DNA of 64,000 bases from Eledone cirrhosa (taxonomy: Eukaryota). The notes below the pieces were generated by a model, which saw nothing but the letters and a program-made list of their open reading frames with translations, made no database searches and was not told the DNA's origin. The translations under genes were made by a program, and so were the position numbers. The stretch lies in NCBI GenBank assembly GCA_964016885.1, contig OZ024740.1, positions 328,600,001-328,664,000 of the forward strand, in the 5' to 3' direction. Position 1 is the first letter of the stretch. Each line of letters starts with the position of its first letter. This document shows positions 27,101 to 42,100 of this stretch, piece by piece.

Positions 27101-30100
27101 CATACTGAGCAAGGCCATTTTCCTGAGGGGATCTGGGTTCTGTTTTCTCGTCTACTTACAAGACCCTTTCTTTCTAGTCCCTGCTTCCAAGTTTGGAATT
27201 TCTTCTCTAGTTCTACCATAGATTCAGCTACAAGTGCGAGGTCATCAGCATACAGGAGTTCCCATGGGCATCCGGTCTTAAACTCCTCCGTTATTGCCTG
27301 CAGGACTATGATGAACAGGAGAGGGCTAAGAACAGAGCCCTGGTGGACACCAACCTGTACGCTAAATTCCTCGCTATACTCATTGCTAATCCTAACTTTG
27401 CTGACTGCTCCCCTATACATGGCTTGTACAGCTTTCACAAGCCATTCATCTACTCCTAGTTTACTAAGAGCCCACCAGATTACAGCACGTGGAACTCTGT
27501 CAAAGGCTTTCTCGAGATCGACGAATGCCAGGTAGAATGGCTTACTTTTAGCTAGGTACTTTTCCTGTAACTGCCTCACAAGGAAGAGGGCATCAGTGGT
27601 GCCTCTTCCTGGTACAAACCCAAATTGCATCTCATCTAGTTTCACCCGGTCCCTAATCAACTGTGCTATAACTCTTTCGGTTACTTTAATGACCTGGTCC
27701 ATCAGCTTTATACCTCTATAGTTTCCTCTATCTAGTGCATCACCTTTACCTTTGTAGCAGTTAACAATGATGCTACTGCACCAATCTTTTGGTATGACAC
27801 CTAGTATTACCTGGTTAACAATACGTGTGGTTATAGTGTGACCTACAGACCCAGATGCCTTCAGCATCTCGGCAGCTATACCCGATGGACCGGTTGCCTT
27901 CCCCATCTTCATATCTTTGATTGCCTTACTTACTACGCTGCTGCTGACTTGTACTGCTGGCCCCTCTATAGGGTCTACTTGGGGTAGGGTCTCTTCTTCC
28001 CATGCATTCTCCTCATTTAGTAATCTATCACAATGGCTCTTCCATGCATCTTTCTTCTCAGCACTTGTGAGGGCAAGCTCACCTTTATCATTCCGGATAC
28101 ACTTCTCTCCAATGACATCACAATTCTCTCTGACACACTGCCTCGCAATCTTGAACACCTCCTGTTTCTGGTCCTCACATTGCAAAACATGCTTGAATTT
28201 TCTATCCTCTGCTTCCCTCCTAGCTAAGTATACTTGTCGCCTAGCTTCCCTCTTGGTCTCTATGTAATGTACCCTGCTCCCCCCGTTCTTCCATGCCTGT
28301 CTCTTGGCCTTAACTGCCTCATCTACCTTATTGTTCCACCACCAAGTCATTCTCCTCCTGCTTGTGGTCTTACTCCAGCCACAGACCTCATCCGTCGCCT
28401 CTAGTAAGTTATTTTTTAGGAACTCCCAGTGCTCTTCTACATTGTTTGTATCTATCTAATGTAAGATAAAGACATCCAATTTAAAAAGTTTTGTATTGTA
28501 TATCTTGAAATTCATCAGTTTCAAGATTATTTAAAAATCGTAGTTTTCTTCATTAGAAACATCAGTTATGGAAACATTTAATAGGCTCAATAAGAACAGA
28601 TTCATTATAAGACAATGAACAATTGATTCACAACACTGAATTTTGTGGTATTAAGTGGAAACTCATCTCCCACAATAAGATGCCCCTCTATTACAGATAA
28701 TCTGTCTCACAGAGAGATTATCAGCCTACTACAGGTAATCTTTTCTGCAGGAAAAATTGAATATAATTTTGTAAGTCAATGAAACTATTGTTGCTTATCA
28801 GTGAATTACACTATCTTGTAGTATCAATTTACAGGTAGTTGGACAAGGTCCTGAAAACGCTATGGTGAATTACACTGCCCTGTAGTATTTTAAAATTGAG
28901 TGGACTGAGACGTGGACAGAGTACAGTGAACCATACCAACATGTAATACTTATTTACATCTGGGTGAATACAGTACAGTAAACTATATCATATTGTTGTA
29001 TCTCATTACAGCTATGTGGACTGGGAAACGGTCACAGTTCAGTGACATATACCACACTGTAGTGTATAAACTGGACAGACTGATTTGTTGAGATTGTCTT
29101 TGTTATGGACATAGGACAGAACCAGGATACAAACAATCGACTGTCCAGTACCCTCTATCAATTTGTCGACCTGGTACGGTCTATAAGCCCAAGTGTCCCG
29201 TACTCTGTACTAAACAAATATCAGGTACTCACCACCAAACTAAGTGTCCAGTACCCTCTATCAACTTAATCTACACTTAAATAATTAAACACTTTTTATC
29301 ATTTTTACATCTGCTTTTCATTGTGGCCATAGGTTGAATGAGAATTTTGGAGGCAGTGTTTTACTGCTGGTTGTCCTTCCTGACAGCTACACTGTCAGAC
29401 ACTTCTTCCCACATGCAAGATATGGAGTAGCTATCTTAAAAACCAGGATACATGTAGTTAATAGGGTTAATACTAAAACAGAGTATTTAACCACACAGGA
29501 TATTGGACAAATAAAACTCACTTCTCCATTTGAAAATACTCCATCCACATGTGACCTTCAGCTCCATGACCTTGTGTCATGATACTGTTCCATAATTCAC
29601 GTGCTTTCTCAATATTTTTACAATGTCTAACCTAAAAAGACAAAAACAAAAATGTAAGACACAAACACATCAGTCACACATAATAACAGTGAAAAAGGAA
29701 AGGAGCTGATATCAGGGACCAAAGAAACAATGTCATTGGTCTTTTTATTTCTGATACTCTTAGCAGAAGGTGACAGGGTTTGAACATGGAATGCACAGAA
29801 CCAAATCACATACTGCAAAGCAATCCACCGACTCTTTAACAATTCTACCAATCCATTCCTCCTGGACTGGATCTCAATGATATTTAAACACTGAGGGAAG
29901 AGAGCTGGAACAAGTAATGAGACATTTAATCCGACACTCTAATGAGTCTTCCAAACCCATCAGTAAGACATTAACCCTTTAGCATTTAAACTGGCTGTAT
30001 CCAGCCGGAATTTTCTCTCCTCTTTCTGTTCGAACTGGCCATAACTGGCCACTCATAGTTATGTTAAGGTATTGTTCTCAAAATAAATAATATCAAAATC

Positions 30101-33100
30101 TCATAGATTCAATATTATGTGAGATAATTATGCGAGATAAAGCCTTTAACATGAAAATACCATAGTAAATATTGAGAAATGTAAATGCTAAAGAGTTAAG
30201 ACATTATGAAATGGAGATTATTAAGAAAGTGACACAGTAGAATCTGAAGAAACAGGCAATGGTCTTAATTGTTAAATAATAAATAAGATAGGAGTTTGTT
30301 GAATAACTTATTCCACATTTTGAAATGTGAGGAAATCAGAATTGTTTGCCATCGATTACAATGTTTATAACATCTTAAAAGAGCATCAAGAACAACAAAG
30401 AGTTAATCTAATTATGTTTTGCAGGTTGGCAGAAAAAAGACCATGGCGTGCTGCTGAAATAGAAAACAAATACACACATATATGTACATACACTAATACA
30501 GTTCACACTGTAAAGTGTTTGGCTTGGTGCCATGGCAAAATGCATCCAGTCCATACTGTAAAGTGGTTGTTTTGGTGCCATGGTAAAAAGCACCCAGTCC
30601 ACACTGTCAATATGGTTGCCATCAGGAAGGCCATATAGCTGTAGAAACCAAGCCAGAAACAGTTCTGTATAAGCAGGACACAGTCATCTGATCTGACTTG
30701 TCTCACAACAGGAGAACTTGTTTAACCCATGCTAGCATGGAAAAATAGATGTTAAACAATGATGATGATGAGGATATGTTAATTATCTAGAAACAGCTTA
30801 CCTCAATTGATGCCCAGTACTGCTGTAGACTAGATGGGTCACCTCGAAAGTCGCCAAAAACTATATTTTAGTAGAACATATGACAAAATTGAAAAGTTTG
30901 AGATACATCACTTAGAAAGGTGGCAAAAGTAAAAGACAAGAATCTCAAGAAAGAAGCAACATAAGAATACAATTGAAGAAGTTTTAGAATAGTGTGTCCC
31001 TATGAAAGTAGCATTTCAACTATCTAGCACTTGGCTTATAAGTATAGGCAATATGCTGCTACCTAGCAATGTCCCTTTAAAAAAATACATCCCATTATGT
31101 AATATGAGTATCTTATGTGACAAGCCCATACACAAACTAGGTCTAATCAGTGATGAAAGGGGCTACACAATAAAAACCATACAAGCGTGGGCTGAAAAGT
31201 TCATAGTCTGATTATGAGTGATGCAAGAGCTGTGAAATCTTGCATGTATTAATTTCAACTCTTAATAACTGCTTTGTTTCTTTCCAGGAACTATGTTAAA
31301 AAAATAAACCTCATTTGGTTATTCCCTGAGAGTATCTTGGTCAACCTATGAACTTTTTAGTCGACTTTTGTATACTGACTAAATGGATATTTAGGGCCTA
31401 AATATTTAATGTAATTAATTAACTGAAAATCCAATGAGTGGAATTTTATGTGGATAATCATCATCATCATTTTACGTCCGCTTACAAGGGTGGAATGGGT
31501 CCTATTCAGCATCTAGCCACTTGTCACGGTCCCTCGTCATCTCCACCGTGAGCTTCAGCGATCTGAGGTCTGCTCTCACCACCTCCGCCCATGTTTTTCA
31601 TGGTCTTCCTCTACTCCGTCTTCCTTCAACTGGCATTTCTTGGCACTTCTTCACCCATCGGTCATCCTCCATGAGCATCACATGTCCATACCATCGCAGT
31701 CTCCTCTCTTGCACACAACAATTTATCCCTCTCAGACACAGTTTCTCTCTCAACACATCCATGCTCAGCCGTTCACGCACATTGACATTGTACATCCAAT
31801 GAAGCATGCTTGCCTCATTTCGCTCCAGCCGTCACATACCCTCTGCAGTTGCTGCCCATGTCTCACTACCATGCAGCATCGTGCACCTCACACAGGCATC
31901 ATATAACCGGCCTTTCGTACGCAGGGAGAAACCCTTCTTCGTCAGCAGATGAAGCAGCTCCCTAAACTTCTTCCAACCCGTCCCTATTCTAGATACTATG
32001 GCCTCGGAACACCCCACTCCCATGCTAATCTGATCACCTAGGTACCAGAACCTATCAACCACTTCTATAGAACCCACCTGCATTTGAAAAATGTGTCTAT
32101 CAATGCGACTTCTGTCAAATTTCCCTGTACATCTACTGCATACGTATTTCTCCCTACCTGTTAGTTTGCCTGCTATCTCACTACATCTCTTGTGTACACA
32201 AGCTCTGCATTGTGTACATTTTATATAATTTATGCCAGTTCCTTTTCTGCATATCGAACATGGCCATTTCCCTGATGGAATCAGAGTTTTGTCCTCTTTT
32301 CTACTCATCAACACTGAAAATCCACTCAAACTAAGGAAAGCTACAGGCAACAATACTAATATAGATGTGTTCATGTACAAGTGAGGGAGAAAAAGTTTGT
32401 GTAGGAATATAACACTAACATGTCTTTAAACTGTGGATGGCCTTTTGAATTGTTGCCCTGAAATCTGCCAATTCTTCTTTGTAATCTGAAAAATAGACAG
32501 ATTCATTTATACATACATAACTAAGACATTTTGATAAAACTGAAGACTAGTATGAAAAAGATATACATGCGATACCATCTAATATTTTAAGGGCATTTTG
32601 CCAGTCAAATCTAATGTTAGCTTTTCAGGCCACATGAAAATCTTAATTGCACACATCATAGTTAATTTTTTTCAGGTAGTGTTTTACAGTGAGATGTCAA
32701 CTCTTTAATCACCTTGTATGACACACAGATAGTTTACTTATTCTAAAAGTAGGATGCACTTTGTTGATTATATGTGTGTGCATGCACGTGTTAATCAGTT
32801 TTTAAAATTAGTGTACCATATCGTAAGAAACAACTAAAAGAGTTGGCATTAGGAAGGTATCTAGCAGTAAAACACTATTCCTGTACAACCAATTTCAGCA
32901 TGAAAAAGTAAATGTAAAAATGGTGATATAACCAATGAGAGTGGAACATAAAAAACTTTAAACTCCATCACATTATTCAATTTAGTCTTCCATAAAAAAA
33001 GCAGTAAAGGGATAATAGTTTCTATCCTACTATTGGTGTTATGTTTTATTACTGGTTTGACCAGTTAGCTTTTAATAGAGCAGTTCACCTTGCTGTAAAT

Positions 33101-36100
33101 AAGCACCCCAATTTAAGCACTGATCACCCCCAAAATATATCAGCATAGTCTAGCCATAGTTTCTCGCATGAGAGAAGGACTATGTTACAATGCTATATTG
33201 TAAAGTATTGTGGGAAGCTGACAATTCTAATAATGCTAAGTTCTTTTTTCTTGTTGGTCTATTCTCTCCATCTTTCTATCCATCTCTTCGTTTTCTCCAC
33301 AAGTCCTGCTCCATCCCAATTTTTCTCCTCTCCTCTTCTCTCTCTCTCTATAACCCTCTCATTTCTCATCTCACACTTTGACTCTTTCTCCCTCTCTCTC
33401 CCATTATCTGATTTGTGGTTATATCTTAACCTCCCCTTCCCCCCAAAAAATTTACTATGTATTTATCAAACAAACAAGGAGCAAATAAATTATCTGGAAA
33501 ACTACATTAGTCTATACTTTGTAATATTCTGAGATAATCTCGTACCTATTCCCAACAGCTGAGACAAACTGAAGAAATATAATTGTTTCTACTTTCGGCA
33601 CAAGGCCAGCAATTATCCCAGTGTATTACTGTTACTTTATTTTATCGACCCCCGTAAGGATGAAAGGCAAAGTTAACCTTGGCGGGATTTGAACTCAGTC
33701 CGTAAAGGGACGTAACTGTGCTGCAAAGCATGGCGTCTGACCCTCTACCGATACTGCCAATCCACTGCCCTGAAGAAATATAATATAAAGTGTTTAGCCT
33801 AGAAACACAAAACAAACAGCAATGGATTTGAGCTCTTGACCAACAAATAGTGAGTTGTATACATTTATCCAATCAGATATTTACAGTAGTTGGAGAAATC
33901 AATGAAAGTACAATATAGATTATTGGTAATATATACCTTTAGTCCAATCAATCCGTCTGCGTTTATAGTCACAAAATACTGTATAGACATGGAGAAAATC
34001 TGTTGGTTCGGTAAATCCTGAATTGATGGCTTGATCATAAAGTTCTGTCATAAAAATTGATAAGACATATACAAAGGTTATAATTCAATCCTAAATTGAT
34101 GGCTTCATCATGAAAATCTGTCATTAAAATTGACGAGAAATTTAAATTTACAAACGTCACAATTCAAATCAAAAGATATCATCATAAAGGTTGTGTCCCT
34201 AAATAGAGAATATGTCAGCCCTACTGTAACCAAATGAATTATAATGGTTGACTCAACTGTCAGAATATTCATGTATGATATGACTGGAGGTTTTTTCATT
34301 AAGTCAACCTAAGCAAGTACCAGCCATAACAACAACATATCCAATTAATCAACAAAAACATCAAAATGTTGATGATGATATGGAGGATTGAATGAGTCTA
34401 TTTTTCCATTTTTATGGTACAATGATTATTATATAGCCTAGCTATAATAAAGCTACATATAATATAGCCTGATAAGTTAAACAGAACACAACAATAATAA
34501 TGAATAAACGAGATGGATTTTACCTGTGATTTTTGCATCTGGTTCCTTGTGTCGCTCCATTGCTAAAATGTAGCGACCCCAGAGTTCTGCTTTCCAGGGA
34601 CAATTTCTAACAGAACGTTCATAAGCAGCGAGTACAACCTTTTTGATGGGTAACTTTGTGTCCTAAAATATGTAAAACTAAAATCCTCAGGAAATCTGAA
34701 AATATGTGTTCATTCAAAATTTCCATGAAAACTAAATTTAAAATTAGAATTGTACTATATGCCTAATTTGGTAATTAAAATGATTCCAAGCAGGATTGTT
34801 TACCATTTATCATTACATCTCTATGAGCCAAAATGGATCCTCTACATGCTAGAAAGAGCAAAATCTTGTTCAAATGATACCTTGTAACTAAAGGGAGGAC
34901 ACACTGGATAAGATAACTCTTGATATATTTATATACAAATTCGCAGAATACTAGCATCATCTTCATTTTACATCTGCTTTGCATGCTGGCATAGATTGGA
35001 TAGTTAGTTATGGTTTGAGACAAAATAGGTTGGAGAACCACATCTATGTTCCAGTTTTCGCATGGTTTCTATAACTAGATGTTCTTCATAATGCCAACTA
35101 CTTTATAGAATATACTTGCTGCATTTCTATCATAGCACTACCACTAGAGACATTGTTCTGTCCTCAACCCTTCACTGTTTGATTGCAGCCATATTACAAA
35201 GTGTATTCAGTGCATTTATGAAAGACCCAACACTAGTGAGTTTGCTTTGGATCTCATAACTAAAGGGTACTCACCACCCAATGTAGTTCTTATTTATTAA
35301 AGTCAACTACTTTGTTTCTGTTCATTCATATAAATACAACAAAAAAAAAAAAAAAAGCAACAAAACTATGTGAACTTACCAAATAGCGTGTGTACTGGAG
35401 CCAAAGTTCTGCATTCAGGCATCCATGAGTGATTGCTCGTTCATATATACACTGTATTCGGGCAGGGTCATCAAGACTCAGCTCATATTCAATGTACTTA
35501 TAATAAGCTTCCATCTTAGCATAATACTCATCTGTGGCAGCCTGCAAACATTCCAATATGACAATATAACAACCAGTCACCACAGAAAAAAAAGGAAGAA
35601 TCAAAATAAACCAAACTCTCTATCCCTGCTCATCCCCTACAAACAGAGCTAACTGAGAAAGGTAATCTGTAAATGTGAAATAATTTAAGAACTATCTGTC
35701 TTCAAATTAATCATAAATTAATGCATGAAGAGATTGTAGAACTTGTATATAGCATGATACATACCAGCTCCTTTTCAAATGGTTTTAATTTCTCCAGTTT
35801 ACTGAGTGTCTGCTGATAAATCTGTTGTAGGGTTTTGTCAGATGCTATTTCTGGAAACCATTCCTTTACTTCAGCATATGTTTCTTTAATTCCTAAAAGA
35901 ACAATAATTTTCATTTCGTACCATTCTTGGAAAATAAAATATTTTTATTCAGCTAATAGTTGTTTCTACTTTTGGCACAAGGCCAGTAATTACCCAGTGT
36001 ATTACTGGTACTTTATTTTACCGACCCCGTAAGGATGAAAGGCAAAGTTAACCTCGGCGGGATTCGAACTCAGAATCGCAAGGGCCGTAACTCTGTGCGT

Positions 36101-39100
36101 CAAAGCATAGCGTCCGACCCTCTACCGATACTGCCAATCCACCGCCCTTTATTCAGCTAATAATGATATACATTATTCAATCAGTCAAGTTTCCTCTTTA
36201 GTTAAAAATGATGAGTTTTATTAATTATTCAGAGTCAAGAGAAAAAACTGGATATAAGAGGGATTGGATGTAGTAGGCAAGAGAGAAGATTAAACTGGTA
36301 TGGACACAATGCATATGGATGATGACTGTTGGGTGAAGATGTGCCAGGAATTCCAAATGTATACAAGATGTAGTAAAATAGACCAAAGACTTGAGCAGAG
36401 GAAGTGAGAACAGATCCCCTTACAAATATGATGACAAAAGAATGAGACAAGTGGGAGGTTGTGCTGCAGAGGACATGTCTAACCCATACAGGAATTAAAA
36501 AAAAAAAAAGCAGTTGTAAAAATAATGATTAATGATGTAACAATTCATTATGAAGGGTGAACTCACAGATAAATTTCTTACCTAAAAACTTTGTAAGTTG
36601 TATTTAATAATAAAATATAACACTTTGATACTGAAACCAATAATTTTAAAATATGATAGTGCATGCTGTTTGCTAAAAATGATGGGTCATAATGATATAT
36701 AAGTGTACACACACTTCTGCCATCCATTTTCTTCTTGTTTTGCTTGAAAAACATATTAAGGATGATCTTTATGAGCTTTTCTCAAACATTAGCAAAATGA
36801 TTGATTTCTAACATAAGCTCAAAGTTGCATATATACTAAATGCACATATATCATATAGAATATCATATAGATTATCATCAACCCTCTCACTGTTTTGTTA
36901 CCACTTGTGTGAAAGTCAGAACCACTTGCTTAGCTTTCCTCTTCCAAGGATATCTTTCACCAACAGAACAGGGAATGTTTAAAGCCAACACTATTCATTG
37001 TTGCTGTGGTTGCGTCAATATTGAAATTCAAGTTGATGTGGCAGAATGGCTTCAACTCGAATTAACTAGAGATCTGAATTTGAAAGAACTCAGGCATGAG
37101 GACTATGCTTCAGGCATAGAGGTTTGGTTGAATGATTTGCATTTCATTTAAAATATGCTTCATAACCAGCACTCATTGTCCCACATTACCTGATCATGCC
37201 AATACACCTAATCCACCAACCTCATTCAGCTAAAGCCTTCAATTACCTACTGCTTTCTAAAAAATGAAATAATATGAATAAATCATTCATAAAAATGATC
37301 AATAAAGAAGAAATCTTACCAAGGAGTGGCACAGAAAGTTGTCGCTTGAATAATGAAAGAAGCCGAGCTTTCTGGTCAATATAGGCTGAATTAGGTTTAC
37401 CTGTATCTGCTTCTTCTGGCTGTTAAAGAGAGCAAGATAAGACATGGGAATCAAATTTAATATTAAGTAATACTGTTATCATTCATCACACTCTTTATTA
37501 TGGTGATAAGAGAATACTGGTATAAGATATGAAATAAAAATGATTTTTGCAACATCCATATACAACAACAGTTTCCTACATAAAACTATTATGAATTTTA
37601 AAACCATGATCATTATTAATATATGCGAAAGTAACATGCTTTTCTCAAATACAATATTAAAACAATATACATTAGGCATAGTAAATGATATAATGATTTT
37701 AAATATAACAAAATCATTATGAAAATTATCATACTAATTTTCTTTTAAATGATTATTACTACTTAAATGTCCATTGTTCTATGTTAGCATGGATTAGGTA
37801 GGTCTGTAATAGTTCTCCTTGTGTCTTTTAGCTGACATCTTTTAGGTTCAACGTTCTGAAACCTGACTGAACTATTTCTTCAAGTATTATCAACAGTGTT
37901 TGCTGGTATATCTGATCATCTATTTGCAATTCTACTCACACCAATGGCATTGGTGATATGATGCTCACCCCCCTTTAACTGAAGTCACCAGAGAACCATA
38001 AGAAAGTCAATATCTTGAACCTTTATGTTACCATTTTTCTAATGAAAGACACTATGATTTTCAAATTATTTTGAAAATATTCAAGAATATAGAGGGATTT
38101 AGAAAAATAAATAACTTTCTCATTATTAAGCTGGTTTTTGGAGCATAACTTACAGGTTCTTAATGATGGAAGGTATTTTAATAAATATAAACACTATAAA
38201 ATAAACAGCTTTGTCTTGTAGAACCAAGAGTAGTTTCAGGTGGTTTGGTAACAAAAGAGCCTAGAGATTTCACAATTTTTATATGCTTGATTTCTCTATA
38301 GAAAAGCTTCTCTATAGTATTTGCCAATCCCAGTACCTAATCTTTCTACATTTCATTTCATTTCAACTCAATTCCCCTACTGCCACCATTATCATTGTCA
38401 TTAACATTTCTATGTTCACTTTTCCATGCTGGCAAGGGTTGAACAAAACTTTTTTGGCTGCAATCTGTGGCTAGATGTCCTTCTTGATGCCTAACCATAC
38501 TTTATTTTCAAATATGGTTAGAAAATCATTGGTTTAACAGATTTCATGTTTAATGAACCAAATAAAAATATAATAATGCACTATTGCCATAGTTATGGAA
38601 AAAGTGAAGTAAAAATTACATATTTTCTATTATAATTGAATAACTTATATATTGTGTACTTGTGTATGTCGCATTCACTTTTGTTATATTAGAGGAGAAT
38701 TAAAGTGACTCCTAGGTTACTTTCAGTTTCATGGACTTTCAGTATGTTAATCAAGTGTTAATTGTATTTATTCCACTGATTTTCATTGAATTGCAGGACA
38801 TAAACAAATAGTATCGCCTGCTTAAAGGTTCAATGTGAAGACTTACATAGTTGGTGCAAGTTATACAGTGCTGTTTATGAGTTTGGACATGTTCTACGTA
38901 TGGACGTATGGTGGAAAACAAATCTGCAAATGGACCTTATATCTGAGAAAGAACTACACAAGCTATTTAAAAATATTTTTTTTCCTGCTAAAGCCTTGAA
39001 GACCCTATGATAGGCTTCATCATCAGGGGTCCTTTGAGGCAATGATTTACAGCTAGATGCCATTCCTGGCGCTATCCCCTTTTAGAAACGTCTCACACCA

Positions 39101-42100
39101 TGCAGCAATATAGTGTACCTGTTCTAAATCCACACAAAGAGAGGGAAAAAAAAAAAAAAAAAAAAAAAAAACTATTTAGAAACATTTATTTTCACTCTTT
39201 CAGAACAAAGGACAGCTCATAAAAACTTGCAAAATGCCAGATTGTTGTTTTGAATAAGTAAATAGATAGGTGAAATATCATACCTCGAGACCAGCTAAAA
39301 TAGCATTTTCAAACTCTCTGTATGCATCCCATATGTTGGCACCTTTGACAACATGGAGTCCAACTTCAGCCACAGCACGATCAAAAATAGCTCTCACATG
39401 AGTAATGCCAGTTGGTGACCCCATTCCTCCAATGGCATACTGGACATACTCAAGCCAGACATCAACAGCTAAAAAGGAGCAAAAAAAAACAACAAAAAAC
39501 AAAATAATCATAATATAACAACTGACTGGGAATTAGAAATGATTATTATAGAGGAAAGGATCTGGCTTTTGCAGGCATTTCAGGTCTGGTGAGATTGATG
39601 TAGTTAACATTCATCTTGAACAGTAGCAAATCACCTGCAGCAGATTTCACTGTTACAGCTCTCAACTATATAGGTTTGGCTGACCTGCTTCAAACTTAAA
39701 TCTCTTAGGAGGTTTCTTGTGTACTTTAATGAGTGGCTCCAGTCCTATCATAAAAAGACATCCTCGGATGCCAATCTGTTGCAGAGGTTAACATCCTACA
39801 GCAGTAGCTGGTATTCAATTTTTTTTTCATCTGAGAGAACTGGAGCAATGTACAATGAAGTTTCTTGCTCAAGGGCACAACATTTCACTGTCCAAGAACT
39901 GAACCTATGACGTTATGAATGTGAGGCCAACATCCTAAGTAGTAGATCACATAAGAGATTCATTTTACCAAGATAAGAATATAAGAATTTGCAACAGTGG
40001 CAAAATAGTACAAATATTTGAAGTGGAAAGTGAAACTTTTTTAAGTAAATCACAGTAGTTGAATAGTTATTTTAAAAGATTGTGGAGAATGAATGGCAAA
40101 AACTGAACATGATCGAATCAGATTCAGAATACAAAGGGAAATAACAAAACAGCTCCACAAATTTCCCCACCCCACCCTCATCATAATTGTTTCTATTTTA
40201 GGCACAAGGCCAGCAATTACCCAGTACATTACTGGTACTTTATTTTATCGACTCCGTAAGGATGAACGGCAAAGTTAACCTCGGTGGGATTTGAACTCAG
40301 ATCATAAAGGGACGTAACTATGCTTCAAAGCATGATGTCCGACTCTGCCATTTCCACCGTCATCATAATAAAAGCTAATAATAGATATATAAAATCAAGT
40401 ACCAAGGTAATCAGTAATAGCTTTGTCAAAAAGCTTCTCAATCCTTTCACGGTCATCTTCAGTAGCCAGAGACACTTCATCTTTCAACCACTCCAGCCAT
40501 AGTTCTGAAATAAAATGAATACAGAATTAAGAAATATAACTATTTTTAATTTTTGCTGTTTAGTCAGAAGGAAGGACAGAGCATTTAACCATTTTCAGAG
40601 CCACCGAGACTGGTAAGAGGACGGAGGAAAGTATCCTCAGACCAAAGACCTAGTTTGAATGCTTGCAACAGAATGGACTCTGAACAACGGAATAAGCCTA
40701 CTATCCAAATAGGTCACAGCAGGGTTTGAACTCAGAATGTAAAGAACCAAAACAAATACAGCAAGGCATCACATCTGATGCTCTAACAATTATACCAATC
40801 AGCCACAGTGGACTAGTTCTTTATTTTATCAACTCCAAAAGGATGAAATGAAAAGTTAACCTCAGTAATATTTGGAGTGAGGAGGCAGATAGTCAGAAAA
40901 AATACCGCAAACACTTAATCCAATGTTCTAATGAGTTTGCCAATTTACTGCCTTGCGCAATAGCTAAGCCTAAATTAATTCTACTTCAGTAGCTATGGCA
41001 GAGATCCAAATGATGAAATATTAATGAGTCCCATCCATCTAGTACATTTGATGTTCTAAGTTCCAGTTCCATCTGCCACTATACAGCCCATTGTCTCATA
41101 TTGCTTGGGTGAGTAAGGTGAAATGTACTATAGCAATTTCTGTACATAGTGTTAGGTGCACCTGCTGTTGTTTAGCTCTGGGTCAACCCTGAATGAGTAA
41201 ACCTATGAACAAAAGTATTCTAAATGTGCCCATTCCTTTAGATATGTCTAGAACTATTTTATTCCATGCATCTTTTCTATTTTTAAGATGGTAGAATGCA
41301 AAGAGGATAATTAGGCTGTTATTCCAAGCAAATCAAGCAACTCCATGGAGGTGCTGTCTTGACATGTATAATGACTTACTGTATGGTGATGTTCTGTATA
41401 GACTAATTGGGGTAGTTAAGTTTCATAGAGTGCAGTAAGGTATTGTAGAGATATGCAGTGTGCAGTAAGGCAATGCAGACATGTGTAAGATGCAGTACAC
41501 ATGCAGAGAGATATTGTGGTGCTAGAGTGTAAAAGGGTTGGCATGTGTGGAGTGATTATTATGTTAGTGTGTATGTATGATTTGGTTGTTAAACCTTTTG
41601 ATACTAACAATGAAATACATAAGCAACACTGCTAAAGGTTTGCTATATCTGCTAAACTATCTCTATATACATTTATAAATAGTTGATTGCTTTTTTTAGT
41701 GGATGCTGACAAGAGCAATTACTAATGCATTAGTGGTGAACATTGTAACACTAATCTATAAATGACAAAAAATATATCTGTGCCTTAAGTTACCACATTC
41801 TAGACATTCGTGGATAGAAAAGAATTTTCCCAAAATTATATGGAAGTTAAGAATAATAAACATTCAACTTGTAAGTGTAAATATTGTCTGTAGCAGAGTT
41901 AATAATGACATCTTGAGACTCATTTCGATAAATGAATGATGAGTGTTCCAATTGTCGGATAAACAAAACAGCTTGCTAGTGAAATCAATGTGCAAGTGAC
42001 TGAGCATTCCAGACTTGCATACTATTAATGTAATTCTCTGAGTAACTCAATGTGTGACTGAATTACAGATAGTGTCCATTTGATGGGCTTCCAAACAGTT

